Of a stretch of DNA of 64,000 nt, positions 48,730 to 57,605 are shown in pieces. The position numbers and the translations under genes were made by a program. Numbering within the stretch: position 1 is the first letter of the stretch; every line of letters starts with the position of its first letter. Under the pieces are notes generated by a model that had not been told where the DNA came from, ran no database searches, and worked only from the letters and a program-made list of their open reading frames with translations. The stretch is from Deltaproteobacteria bacterium (lineage in GTDB: Bacteria; Desulfobacterota; Desulfomonilia; UBA1062): positions 1,442 through 65,441 of the forward strand of contig JAKPQL010000076.1 in assembly GCA_029547045.1 (NCBI GenBank), given 5' to 3'.

Positions 48730-49849
48730 CATGAAGAGGAAGCTCTGGCACATCTACCGTCTCGGGTTGAAGGAGCTCATCAGCTTCCGCTACGACTACG
48801 TGCTGGTTGTCCTGGTGGCCTATTCCTTCACGGTCATGGTCATCGTCCCCTCCAAGGGGACGGGACTGCAGGTGCGCAACTCGTCCGTGGCCTACGTGGA
48901 CGAGGACCGCTCCGCCCTGTCGGCACGCATCATCGACGCCGTGCAGGAACCCTACTTCATGAAGCCCCGGCCCATCGAGTACCACGAGATCGACCGCGTC
49001 CTGGACCGTGCGGAGTATATCTTCGTGCTCCACATACCGGCCGGGTTCCAGCGGGACATCCTGGCGGGCAGGGTACCACAGGTGCGCATCGACGTGGACG
49101 GCACTGCCATCGGCCATGCAAAGCTCGGGACGAGCTACCTCACCCGCATCATCAACGACGAGATCACCTCCTTCCTCCTGGGCAACCAGGCAGCCCCGGA
49201 GCCGCCCATCCGCCTGGTCACCCGGGTCCTGTACAACCAGAACCGGGAAAGCGCATGGTTCATGAGCATGGTGTTCCTCACCCACATGATCACCCTGTTG
49301 TCCATCATCCTGCCTGCCGCTGCATTGATAAAGGAGAAGGAGCGGGGCACCGTGGAACACCTGCTCGTCATGCCCCTCATTCCAGTGGAGATCACCCTGG
49401 CCAAGGTCTGGGCCAACAGCTTCATCGTGGTGGCGGGGGCCATGTTCTCCCTCTTCTTCTCCGTGAAGTGGGTGGTCGGCGCGCCCATCCACGGCTCCAT
49501 AGGACTCTTCTTCCTGGGCACCATCGTGTTCCTCTACGCCACCACCGAACTGGGCGTCTTCCTGGCAACCATCGCGAAAAACCAGCCCCAGGCAGGCCTC
49601 CTGAGCATGCCCATCATCGTACCCATCTCCATGCTCTCCGGCGGCACCACGCCGCTGGAATCCATGCCGACCTTCCTCCAGACCATCATGCGGTTCGCTC
49701 CCACCACGCACTATGTGGAGTTCTGCGCACGGGTGCTCTTCAGGAACGCCGGGCTCGATGTGGTATGGCCACAGCTCGCAGCCATGGCCGCCATCGGCAC
49801 GGTCCTGTTCATCGGCGCCATGATCCGGTTCAGGGCAACCTTCCGTTGA
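48722..49849 (+). CDS. ABC-2 type transporter permease (YhhJ-like)
   Basis: 375 aa. Large N-terminal periplasmic loop plus a C-terminal 5-6 TM ABC-2 domain. Overlaps the upstream gene by 8 nt. Confidence 0.85.
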   Translation: MRSMKRKLWHIYRLGLKELISFRYDYVLVVLVAYSFTVMVIVPSKGTGLQVRNSSVAYVDEDRSALSARIIDAVQEPYFMKPRPIEYHEIDRVLDRAEYIFVLHIPAGFQRDILAGRVPQVRIDVDGTAIGHAKLGTSYLTRIINDEITSFLLGNQAAPEPPIRLVTRVLYNQNRESAWFMSMVFLTHMITLLSIILPAAALIKEKERGTVEHLLVMPLIPVEITLAKVWANSFIVVAGAMFSLFFSVKWVVGAPIHGSIGLFFLGTIVFLYATTELGVFLATIAKNQPQAGLLSMPIIVPISMLSGGTTPLESMPTFLQTIMRFAPTTHYVEFCARVLFRNAGLDVVWPQLAAMAAIGTVLFIGAMIRFRATFR

Positions 49850-50087
49850 CATGGATGCCGGGTCACAGCGCCAGGATTGCTTTGCTGTTTTTTCTCCCAC
49901 GACAGGGGATATCTTTGTCCATAGTAGGTAATTAATTTCCACTTTCCGCCTTGTCGCCAGATCATTTAGTCGTTGATATTCTTAATTTATAATCTATTCA
50001 ATATGTTCTATGATCATGGCTTCCTGGCACGCCCCGTGTATACCAGAACCCAGGTGTGCTGTATATTTATTGGTTGCGGAGAGTGAC

Positions 50088-50876
50088 ATGGCTTCATCGA
50101 GAAAGAGTGCACCACCAGAAGACCTTTCACAGCATCCTGTGGTAGCTGCCACATACCCGGGATTCGCGGTCCGGCCGGACACCCAGGTTCCCCTGAGAGA
50201 ACAGGCCTCATCCGTCCTGGAACGACTGCTCTCCCTGCGGGATCCCATGAGCGGCCTGACCCACTTCGTAGGCGGCGTGATGGCCCTGGCAGGCCTTCCC
50301 GTGCTCCTGGCAACGGTCGCCAACCCCTTCAGGCCATGGCACTTCGTATCCTTTGCCGTGTTCGGCACGGCCCTGTTCCTGCTCTATGCGGCAAGCACCC
50401 TGTTCCACTGGCTGCCAGCGTCCCGGGAAGGCATCGTGCGGCTGCGGAAGCTCGATCATATCATGATCTTCATCTTCATCGCCGCCACCTACACCCCCTT
50501 CTGCCTGGTCCCCTTCCGGGGGCCCTTCGGGTGGACCATGCTGTGCTGCATATGGACCATCGCCCTGTGCGGCTCCGTGTTCAAGCTCTTCTGGATCCAC
50601 GTGCCCAAGTGGCTGTGCCTCTCCCTGTACCTCTGTGCGGGCTGGTTTTCCCTGGTCGGGACAGGCCACATCCTCAGGACCCTGCAGCCCGGTGCCATCA
50701 TGTGGCTGCTGGGGGGCGGTGCTTCATACTGCCTCGGTGCTCTGTTCTACGCCCTGGAGAAGGCCGATGACCCGCCGGTGCTGTTCGGGTACCACGAGGT
50801 GTTCCACCTCTTCGTCATCCTGGGGAGTTGCGCCCATTTCTGGGTCATGTACCGGTATATCACCGCATTCTCGTGA
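50088..50876 (+). CDS. hemolysin III / PAQR family membrane protein
   Basis: 7-TM pattern with STLFHW...KLDHIMIFIFIAATYTP...HEVFHLFVILGSCAHF motifs. ATG 50088 has RBS GGAGAG. Confidence 0.8.
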   Translation: MASSRKSAPPEDLSQHPVVAATYPGFAVRPDTQVPLREQASSVLERLLSLRDPMSGLTHFVGGVMALAGLPVLLATVANPFRPWHFVSFAVFGTALFLLYAASTLFHWLPASREGIVRLRKLDHIMIFIFIAATYTPFCLVPFRGPFGWTMLCCIWTIALCGSVFKLFWIHVPKWLCLSLYLCAGWFSLVGTGHILRTLQPGAIMWLLGGGASYCLGALFYALEKADDPPVLFGYHEVFHLFVILGSCAHFWVMYRYITAFS

Positions 50877-50910
50877 TAAGAGCCATCCGCGACCGCCCAG
50901 CGCTGCATTT

Positions 50911-51834
50911 CTAGAGCCTCTTCTCCTGTCTCAACCTGGCAATGATCTTCTGGATCTCCGGCATTGCCGCAAAGGCCGCCTTCTCCCCCTCGAGGATGGC
51001 CTGGTGCCGCTTTTTCATCTCCGTGGAGCCGATGTTACGCACATTGGGCCTGATGACCACGTCCGCCTTCCTGAGCTGGTGCTCCGCAATCTTGGCGTAC
51101 ATGACATCCACGGACTTCAGGATGGTGTCCATGGCCCCTTCCGGAACCTCACCGTCGATGCCGCCGGATATGTCCACCGCGATGACCACGTCGGCATCGT
51201 ACCTCCGGGCCACCTCCACCGCCACCGGGCTGACCACGCCGCCGTCCACATAGGTCCTGCCGGACATCTTCACCGGCTGGAACACCCCGGGCACCGAGCA
51301 GCTCGACCGCACCGCCTTGCCGGTGTTGCCGGACACGAAGACGGCCTCCTGTCCTGTGGCGATGTCCGTGGCAACAGCATAGAACCGCAGGGGGAGCTTT
51401 TCCATGGGCATGTTCCGGACGGACCTGTTGATGAACGCCTCGAGCTTTTCCCCCTTGATGAAGCCGTTGTCCGGGATAGTGTAGTCGATGACGTCCTTCT
51501 TCTCGATCTTGAGCGCCATGTCCTGGATCTGGAAGGCGTCGAGGCCCGAGGCATAGAGGCTCCCCACCAGACTTCCGGCACTGGTGCCCACCACCATGTG
51601 GATGGGGACCTTCTGCCCTTCGAGGACCTTCAGAACCCCGATATGCGCAAACCCCTTGGAAGCTCCCGCCCCGAGCACCAGGGCCACCTTGGCGGGCCTT
51701 GGAGGCGGCGTCGTATCCACCGGCGGCGGTGTGGTCGCGGTGGAACACCCTGTGATGATCATGGCACAGGCACCGATGAGGAGGTGCCCATACCATCGTG
51801 ACTTGTCTCTGTGCCGATTCATATGCCCGTTCAT
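50911..51834 (-). CDS. patatin-like phospholipase, lipoprotein
   Basis: LVLGAGASKGFAHIGV (oxyanion Gly-rich loop), GTSAGS (GxSxG), and lipobox ITGCS after the signal peptide. Start ATG 51834 (RBS GGAGAGAGGG) or 51822. Confidence 0.85.
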   Translation of the reverse strand: MNGHMNRHRDKSRWYGHLLIGACAMIITGCSTATTPPPVDTTPPPRPAKVALVLGAGASKGFAHIGVLKVLEGQKVPIHMVVGTSAGSLVGSLYASGLDAFQIQDMALKIEKKDVIDYTIPDNGFIKGEKLEAFINRSVRNMPMEKLPLRFYAVATDIATGQEAVFVSGNTGKAVRSSCSVPGVFQPVKMSGRTYVDGGVVSPVAVEVARRYDADVVIAVDISGGIDGEVPEGAMDTILKSVDVMYAKIAEHQLRKADVVIRPNVRNIGSTEMKKRHQAILEGEKAAFAAMPEIQKIIARLRQEKRL

Positions 51835-52205
51835 GTCCCTCTCTCCATCTCCTTTCCCAGCGTTCGCATGGAGCACAGCCCCGACCCCGGATACGTCCGC
51901 CGTCACTCCTGCGTGAAAACAGCTGGCAGTCCTGATAGCCCCATCCGTCTGCCCCGTCAAATGGAATCATTGCCCGGTCGGGATTGATGGATTACCTGGG
52001 GCACCAGGGGACGCAACTCCTTGGTATTATGTGAAAAGAACATGGCATCAGGGCGAACTAGGATACTGCATTAATCCTGTAAATCTATTACTCGGGCTTA
52101 GTGCTCAATCATCTGCATGTTATTCCTTTTTCTTGTAAATTGAATCCACATCAAATAGAGTGCATCTAAGTAGTGAGCAACTACTTTCCGAAAGGAGCAA
52201 CGGCT

Positions 52206-52445
52206 ATGGGAACGAGAGGGAGAAAGCCGCTTGATCTCCGGTCAAGTGACAAGAACGTGAAGCTCATCAAGCGGAATTATTACATCGAGGAACGCTATAC
52301 CAAGGCCCTCACTGTCCTTTCAGCCCTTACCGGAAAGGAGCTGTCGCTTCTGGTGAACGAGGCCATCGGGGGATTGATAAAGAAGTATCAGCCCCAGACC
52401 GACATCGATCTGCTCAAGCTCAAGAGCATCGACAAGCAGGGGTGA
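52206..52445 (+). CDS. small hypothetical protein, possibly ribbon-helix-helix-like
   Basis: 79 aa from ATG 52206 (RBS AAAGGAG). IKRNYYIEERYTKALTVLSALTGKELSLLVNEAIGGLIKKY has a strand-helix-helix pattern. Lies in a lower-GC region. Confidence 0.4.
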   Translation: MGTRGRKPLDLRSSDKNVKLIKRNYYIEERYTKALTVLSALTGKELSLLVNEAIGGLIKKYQPQTDIDLLKLKSIDKQG

Positions 52446-52602
52446 CAGCAGCGGCAAAGCGCCTCCCGCATAAGGGCAGTGCTTCACCACCGCGTATCAG
52501 CCGTCTCTCACGGCAGACCGTTTACGGGATACGTCAGGGGAGATTATCGTCCCCGTAATTTTTCCCTCAGGTATTCCCGTCAGTTGGCCGAATACATCCC
52601 GT

Positions 52603-53586
52603 ATGAAAGGGATTTCAGGAAGCTCCACTACACGGAATGTGGTGCGGCACCTCACCTGGGTACTGCCGGTAATCATTTCTTTTCTCCTCCTGGCCTTTTT
52701 CCAGACGCAGGGTCCGGGCCCCGGCCAGTTGCCGATATCCTACCGGATCGGGTCCGTGGACGAACGGTTCGGACTGACCCGCCAGGAAGTTGCTGAAGCG
52801 GTGGAACAGGCGGCATCCCTCTGGGAGAAAGCCTGCGGGCGTGACCTCTTCTGCGAGCTGGGCGACGCTCACATGGACATTAACCTGGTCTATGACTACC
52901 GCCAGGAAACATCGGACAAGCTCAAGGGGATCGGTGGCAGGATCGACAACACCAGGGGTTCCTACGAAGCGCTGAACGCCCATATCGAACAGCTCCAGGC
53001 AGAGTACCGCCAGGTGAAGGCGGACCTCTCGGCGGACATAGACTCCTACAACGATCATGTGGAGGCCTTTCATGTCCGGAGCGCACAGGCCATGCGGCTC
53101 GAATCCTCGTCCGGTGATCTCACCCGGGAGTTGGACATCGAGCGGTCTTCCCTGGAAGAGATGCGCGAACAACTCCAGGTCCGCCAGGAAGAGCTGAAGG
53201 CCATGGCGGAGACATTGAAAGGCATGGTGGCGGTGGCCAACGAAATCGCGAACAACCTGAACATCCGGGTCAGGGATTACAATTCCACGGGGAAAGACCT
53301 GGGCAAGGAGTTCAGCGAGGGGTGCTACGAACGCAGGAACGGCACCCAGAGCATCACCGTCTTCCACTTCAGCGACCGTGCCAAGCTGGTGCGGGTCCTT
53401 GCCCACGAGCTCGGGCATGCCCTCGGCCTGAAGCACGTGGACAACCCGGAGGCGATCATGTACCGCCTCAACCAGTCCGATTCGCTGGACCCCGCGCCCG
53501 ACGACATCGCCGCCCTGCACCAGGCCCTGGGGATCACTGACAAGGGACGGCCCACGTCCGTGGCCGTGCGCTCCCCTTCCCATTGA
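52603..53586 (+). CDS. membrane-anchored matrixin-like (metzincin M10) zinc metalloprotease with coiled-coil insertion
   Basis: 327 aa. N-terminal TM segment (WVLPVIISFLLLAFF), zinc motif HELGHALGLKH followed by the Met-turn AIMY. A heptad-rich segment of about 120 aa sits between the N-terminal strands and the catalytic helix. Confidence 0.7.
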   Translation: MKGISGSSTTRNVVRHLTWVLPVIISFLLLAFFQTQGPGPGQLPISYRIGSVDERFGLTRQEVAEAVEQAASLWEKACGRDLFCELGDAHMDINLVYDYRQETSDKLKGIGGRIDNTRGSYEALNAHIEQLQAEYRQVKADLSADIDSYNDHVEAFHVRSAQAMRLESSSGDLTRELDIERSSLEEMREQLQVRQEELKAMAETLKGMVAVANEIANNLNIRVRDYNSTGKDLGKEFSEGCYERRNGTQSITVFHFSDRAKLVRVLAHELGHALGLKHVDNPEAIMYRLNQSDSLDPAPDDIAALHQALGITDKGRPTSVAVRSPSH

Positions 53587-53659
53587 CCCTTCCCCGGTAG
53601 GGTGATACAGGGAGGCATACCCGGTCCACACCTGTCTGTTGGGAAGAGAACGCCACGGC

Positions 53660-55480
53660 ATGACACCTATTGAACTCCTGGCCCCTGCACGTGACCTCGC
53701 GTGCGGCAGGGCCGCCATAGACCACGGGGCCGACGCGGTCTACATGGGCGGTCCCGCCTTCGGCGCCCGTGCGGCCGCCTGCAATGCCATGCAGGACCTT
53801 CACGAACTGGCCCGCTACGCGCACCGCTTCCGGGCCAGGCTCTACATGACGCTGAACACGATCCTCTTCGACCACGAGCTGGACCAGGCGGAAAGACTGT
53901 GCCGGCAGGCCTGGGACGCCGGCGTGGACGGACTTATCATCCAGGACCCGGGGCTGTTGGAGCTCGACCTGCCGCCCCTGCCGCTCATCGCCAGCACCCA
54001 GATGCACAATACAGATGCCGCCCATATCCGTTTCCTGGAGCAGGTGGGGTTCCAGCGGGCAATCCTCGCCCGGGAGCTCTCCCTGGAGGAGATATCCGCC
54101 ATCCGGCGCAGCACCACCCTGGAGCTCGAGGCCTTCGTGCACGGCGCCCTGTGCGTGAGCTACAGCGGCCGCTGCTACCTGAGCGCCTGCCTGGGAGACA
54201 GGAGCGCCAACCGCGGCCAGTGCGGACAGCCCTGCAGGCTGCCCTGGAACCTGGTGGATGCGGACGGCTGTTTCCTGGAGCGTGGAAGACACCTTCTGAG
54301 TCTCAAAGACATGGACAGGGGCGCCTTTCTGGGGGACCTCATCGACGCGGGCATCACCTGTTTCAAGATCGAGGGCCGTCTCAAGGATGCGGCCTATGTG
54401 AAGAACGTCACGGCCTGGTACCGGAAACGGCTGGATGAGGTCCTTCATGGCAGACAAGGCCTGTGCCGCGCTTCGAGCGGTGAGGTGGAGTTCTCCTTCT
54501 CCCCTGACCCGGCAAAGACCTTCCGCCGTTCAGGCACGACCTTCTTCCTGCACGGCGAGGACGACGGCATCTGGTCGCCCGACACGCCCAAGTCGACGGG
54601 TGAGGAACTGGGAACGGTAACGGAATGCGGGCCGGACTGGTTTTCCCTGGATTCCGGGCAGGGCATCAATCCGGGGGACGGCCTGTGTTTCCTCGACAGG
54701 AACCGGGTGCTCCAGGGTCTCCAGGTGGTTGGGTCGGACGGGACGCGGATCAGGGTGCACCAGGGGTGCGGCACGCTGAGGCCGGGCACGCGGGTCTTCC
54801 GCAACCGTGATCACCGGTTCTGGAAGCTGCTCGAGGGAAAAACCGCAGTGCGCAGGGTGCCCCTCGACCTCTCCTTTCACGAGACGGGCAACGGGTTTGC
54901 CCTCCATGGACAGGATGCCGACGGCGTGCAGGCACAGGTCGCCCTGAAGACGCAGAAAGTGAAGGCGGACAACCCCGGGGCTGCCCTGGACACCATCAGG
55001 AAGCAGCTCTCCAGGTTGAACGGCACCATGTTCTCCCTGGCCTCCCTCACCCTGGACACCAGCCCCTGCTTCCTGCGCACCTCCGAGCTGAACAGGCTCA
55101 GGCGAGACCTCGTGGATGCACTGCTTGATGCCCGGGACAGGGCATACGTACGCCCCCTGCGCACGAAGGCGCCCGATCCCGACGCCACCTATCCCGCCAC
55201 TGGTCTCGACTACCGCTTCAACATCGCAAACCAGAAGGCCGCAGCCTTCTACCGCAGGCACGGGGTGACTTCCCTGAAGCCCGCCTTTGAGCTTGAACGG
55301 CCGGGTCCAGGCGCAGTCATCATGACCACCCGGCACTGCCTGCGCCGCTGTCTGGGCTGCTGCCTGAGAGAGGGAACCGCTGAGCGCCTGAAGGGCCCCC
55401 TGTTCATGGAGCACGAGGGGCACCGCTTTTGCCTTGAGTTCGATTGCGCACGATGCGTGATGCTCGTGGTCATGGAATGA
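53660..55480 (+). CDS. peptidase U32 family protein (RlhA/TrhP/UbiU-type family)
   Basis: About 606 aa. IELLAPARDL...GADAVYMGG, E-AFVHGALCVSYSGRCYLS signature, and IEGR motif KIEGRLK. Confidence 0.85.
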   Translation: MTPIELLAPARDLACGRAAIDHGADAVYMGGPAFGARAAACNAMQDLHELARYAHRFRARLYMTLNTILFDHELDQAERLCRQAWDAGVDGLIIQDPGLLELDLPPLPLIASTQMHNTDAAHIRFLEQVGFQRAILARELSLEEISAIRRSTTLELEAFVHGALCVSYSGRCYLSACLGDRSANRGQCGQPCRLPWNLVDADGCFLERGRHLLSLKDMDRGAFLGDLIDAGITCFKIEGRLKDAAYVKNVTAWYRKRLDEVLHGRQGLCRASSGEVEFSFSPDPAKTFRRSGTTFFLHGEDDGIWSPDTPKSTGEELGTVTECGPDWFSLDSGQGINPGDGLCFLDRNRVLQGLQVVGSDGTRIRVHQGCGTLRPGTRVFRNRDHRFWKLLEGKTAVRRVPLDLSFHETGNGFALHGQDADGVQAQVALKTQKVKADNPGAALDTIRKQLSRLNGTMFSLASLTLDTSPCFLRTSELNRLRRDLVDALLDARDRAYVRPLRTKAPDPDATYPATGLDYRFNIANQKAAAFYRRHGVTSLKPAFELERPGPGAVIMTTRHCLRRCLGCCLREGTAERLKGPLFMEHEGHRFCLEFDCARCVMLVVME

Positions 55481-55698
55481 GGGGCTGTGACAAAAAAGGG
55501 GGAAGCGTTGCGCTTCCCGTATGAGGAGGTTAGAAGTCTTGTGCTGCACAACCTATAAGGTCACGAACCTCCTGTTTCAATCCCCCGGCACCGTCTTTTC
55601 ATATCTTTTACCCGGCCCTTGCTTTTCTCATCGGATGCCCTGATAGTAGTTAGGTATAACGATTCGGGCGCATGACCTGTGCCAGAGGAGGGAACCCC

Positions 55699-55980
55699 AT
55701 GGTAACCGCGATCATCCTGCTGAACGTTGTCCGCGAACACATCAACGAGACTGCCCAGGAACTCTCCGACCTGGAAGGCATGACCGAGGTCTTTTCCGTG
55801 AGCGGCAGGTACGACCTGGTGGCCGTTGCCCGGGTGAACAGCAACGAGGACCTTGCAGAGCTCGTCACCGGGAAGATGCTCAAGGTCAGGACCATAACGG
55901 GGAGCGAGACCATGCTGGCCTTCAGGACCTACTCCCGTCACGACCTGGAGGGCATGTTCTCTGTGGGTTTCGAGGGCTGA
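55699..55980 (+). CDS. stand-alone Lrp/AsnC ligand-binding (RAM) domain protein
   Basis: 93 aa from ATG 55699 (RBS GAGGAGGG). VTAIILLNV...LSDLEGMTEVFSVSGRYDLVAVARV fits the AsnC_trans_reg fold without an HTH. Confidence 0.65.
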   Translation: MVTAIILLNVVREHINETAQELSDLEGMTEVFSVSGRYDLVAVARVNSNEDLAELVTGKMLKVRTITGSETMLAFRTYSRHDLEGMFSVGFEG

Positions 55981-56414
55981 TCCAGGCCCGGTAACCCTGC
56001 GCCATGCCTGACATGCGCTGCCTCTCCATGAAGACACGGACCTCGGGAGATACCTCCACCGGGGACCAGGGGGCGACCCCGTAGAACATCTTCGGGTCGA
56101 AGGGGTCCTGCTTCAGCGAAAAGCATACAGACCCGTCTTCCAGCGCGAGCAATGAGAGCAAGATGTTGGCAGGTGTATCAAACCCTAAGGATTCATGGTT
56201 CGGACCGAGGTTTTCGTCCAAGGATCCTCCCGGAATCGTCAAACAGGAAGACGTCAAAGCTGCCCGTGATGACCAAGACGCATTCCCATGTGTCTGGATG
56301 GCGAAGGGGGCGGAAGTATGCATTCCTCATGGAGGCTATAAGGAGCCTTTGAACCGGGTCGGCATGTGTCTCGTGCATGGTGTGGTGCGCACCTTCGCAC
56401 AGAGGACTCTGCAC
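55922..56414 (-). pseudogene. WbuC-like cupin, interrupted by a 1-nt frameshift (or sequencing error)
   Basis: The N-terminal frame (56193-56414) reads ...VQRLLIASMRNAYFRPLRHPDTWECVLVITGSFDVFLFDDSGRIL. The C-terminal part continues in another frame (from about 56225 downward): DENLGPNHESLGFDTPANILLSLLALEDGSVCFSLKQDPFDP...APW. The frames switch within GGGAGGATCCTTGGACG. Confidence 0.5.
56396..56413 (+). repeat. 18-bp perfect direct repeat, copy 1 (CGCACAGAGGACTCTGCA)
   Basis: Identical to 57180-57197. Covers the 5' end of the WbuC-like reading frame. Confidence 0.9.
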
Positions 56415-56747
56415 GGCGCACGAGGTCGGTGATCATTACCGAGTCTACCGGTTTCAAGGAAACCGATCTTTCGTGCCTCCCGTGCATCTCAACACCATGA
56501 GGATACCATGGTCTGTGCTGGGATGATCCCCAGGGCGCACCCGTTGCCCGCGATGAGGTCGACTGTTACTCATAAGTACGGGCCACCTCGAATAATGCTC
56601 TTTTTCAAAAGTAGTCATCTCTGTATTGATTTTTCCATGCACTCCCTGTGAGGAATACCCTCCGAGGAGCACTTTCAGCTGATATTGATCATCTGTTTTG
56701 TGCTCTATGATCTCTTTGGAAACCGATCCCGACATTATGGACGCACC

Positions 56748-57035
56748 TCACCTGACTGTTGCCAGTGTCTGAAAACGGAACATGTTGTAGGCTAGGTTCC
56801 TCAAGCCGATCTTGACCCATGCCCGAGCAATTCCTATCGTGCTCAACAGCAGATCTCCAGCCATCATGGCTTGGACTCCAAATACATGCTCGATGCGGGA
56901 CCGTACCTTCGACCGGGTGCGGTTCCCTCGTTTCTCCCAGTCCGTCAGCTTCCGGTGCCGATTACCACCTCCAGGGTCTTCACGGGCCTCCCTCTCTGAT
57001 GCTCGATTCTTTGTATCTTCTCCCTTCATCGTCAT
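56748..57035 (-). mobile_element. IS5-family DDE transposase, C-terminal remnant only
   Basis: 95-aa ORF ...SKVRSRIEHVFGVQAMMAGDLLLSTIGIARAWVKIGLRNLAYNMFRF matches the conserved C-terminus of IS5-group transposases (xVEHVFG...GLxKN...NLxR). No N-terminal catalytic region or inverted repeats were found. Confidence 0.6.
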
Positions 57036-57179
57036 CAGAGAGCCTGTTCCCTCCAGGCCCGCGCGGTCTGGGGGTACCCCCAGACCAGGGTTGCTTCCTT
57101 CTCCTTGTCTACCCCCTTAACCCCGAAAGTGGACTACTTTTAAATTCCCATTTCTGGCCTGGTTTATCATGCCCATTTA

Positions 57180-57197
57180 CGCACAGAGGACTCTGCA
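57180..57197 (+). repeat. 18-bp perfect direct repeat, copy 2 (CGCACAGAGGACTCTGCA)
   Basis: Identical to 56396-56413. On the minus strand it is preceded by ATGAACATG, i.e. a second copy of the WbuC-like 5' end. Confidence 0.9.
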
Positions 57198-57338
57198 TGT
57201 TCATACGGGAAAACAGTCATTGTCCTGGAGGACGGCCAGGCGATTGACCCGGCGACGTGGCAGATGCTCAATTACGAGGTCGTGAAGGCCACGGAGAAGG
57301 AACGTGCGGCCCTGCGACGGATCGGGCTGTGAGACCGG

Positions 57339-57377
57339 GGCCCGGTGGGGGATGCTCGCCGGGCCGTGTTGTTTTTT
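57339..57377 (+). terminator. orphan intrinsic terminator after a 3' gene fragment
   Basis: Stem GGCCCGG / CCGGGCC (13-nt loop) followed by GTGTTGTTTTTT. It comes directly after an in-frame stop at 57330-57332. Confidence 0.45.
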
Positions 57378-57433
57378 AGGATTTGGGTATCTATAGGGTA
57401 GCTATCAATTTTATCGATCACCCGGAAATCAAG

Positions 57434-57505
57434 AGCCAGCGCAGGGATTTGAACCCTGGACCTGCTGATTACGAATCAGCTGCTCTACCACTGAGCTACG
57501 CTGGC
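57434..57505 (-). tRNA. tRNA-Thr (anticodon CGU)
   Basis: Hand-folded cloverleaf: acceptor GCCAGCG/CGCTGGC, D arm GCTC-AGTGGTA-GAGC, anticodon arm GCTGA-TTCGTAA-TCAGC, variable AGGTC, T arm CAGGG-TTCAAAT-CCCTG, discriminator U. No encoded CCA. Confidence 0.9.
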
Positions 57506-57605
57506 ACAGGAGATGTTTTTGACACAGACCCCTCGGGGTTGTCAATGGATTAAAGGGCTCTGCCGGTGTGGGTAGGCAGGTATGAAGGGACGGAACAGAC
57601 GCCCC

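Noticed and set aside
50023-50038. TGGCACGCCCCGTGTA upstream of the hemolysin-III gene, as a fifth sigma-54 promoter
   Set aside because: The -24 element is good, but the -12 position reads GTGT with no GC dinucleotide at the required spacing. It also lies inside the alternative upstream reading frame.
56152-56432. Two plus-strand ORFs (66 and 89 aa) in the cupin region
   Set aside because: They are antisense to the WbuC-like reading frames, which carry recognisable cupin motifs. They have no start context or motifs of their own.
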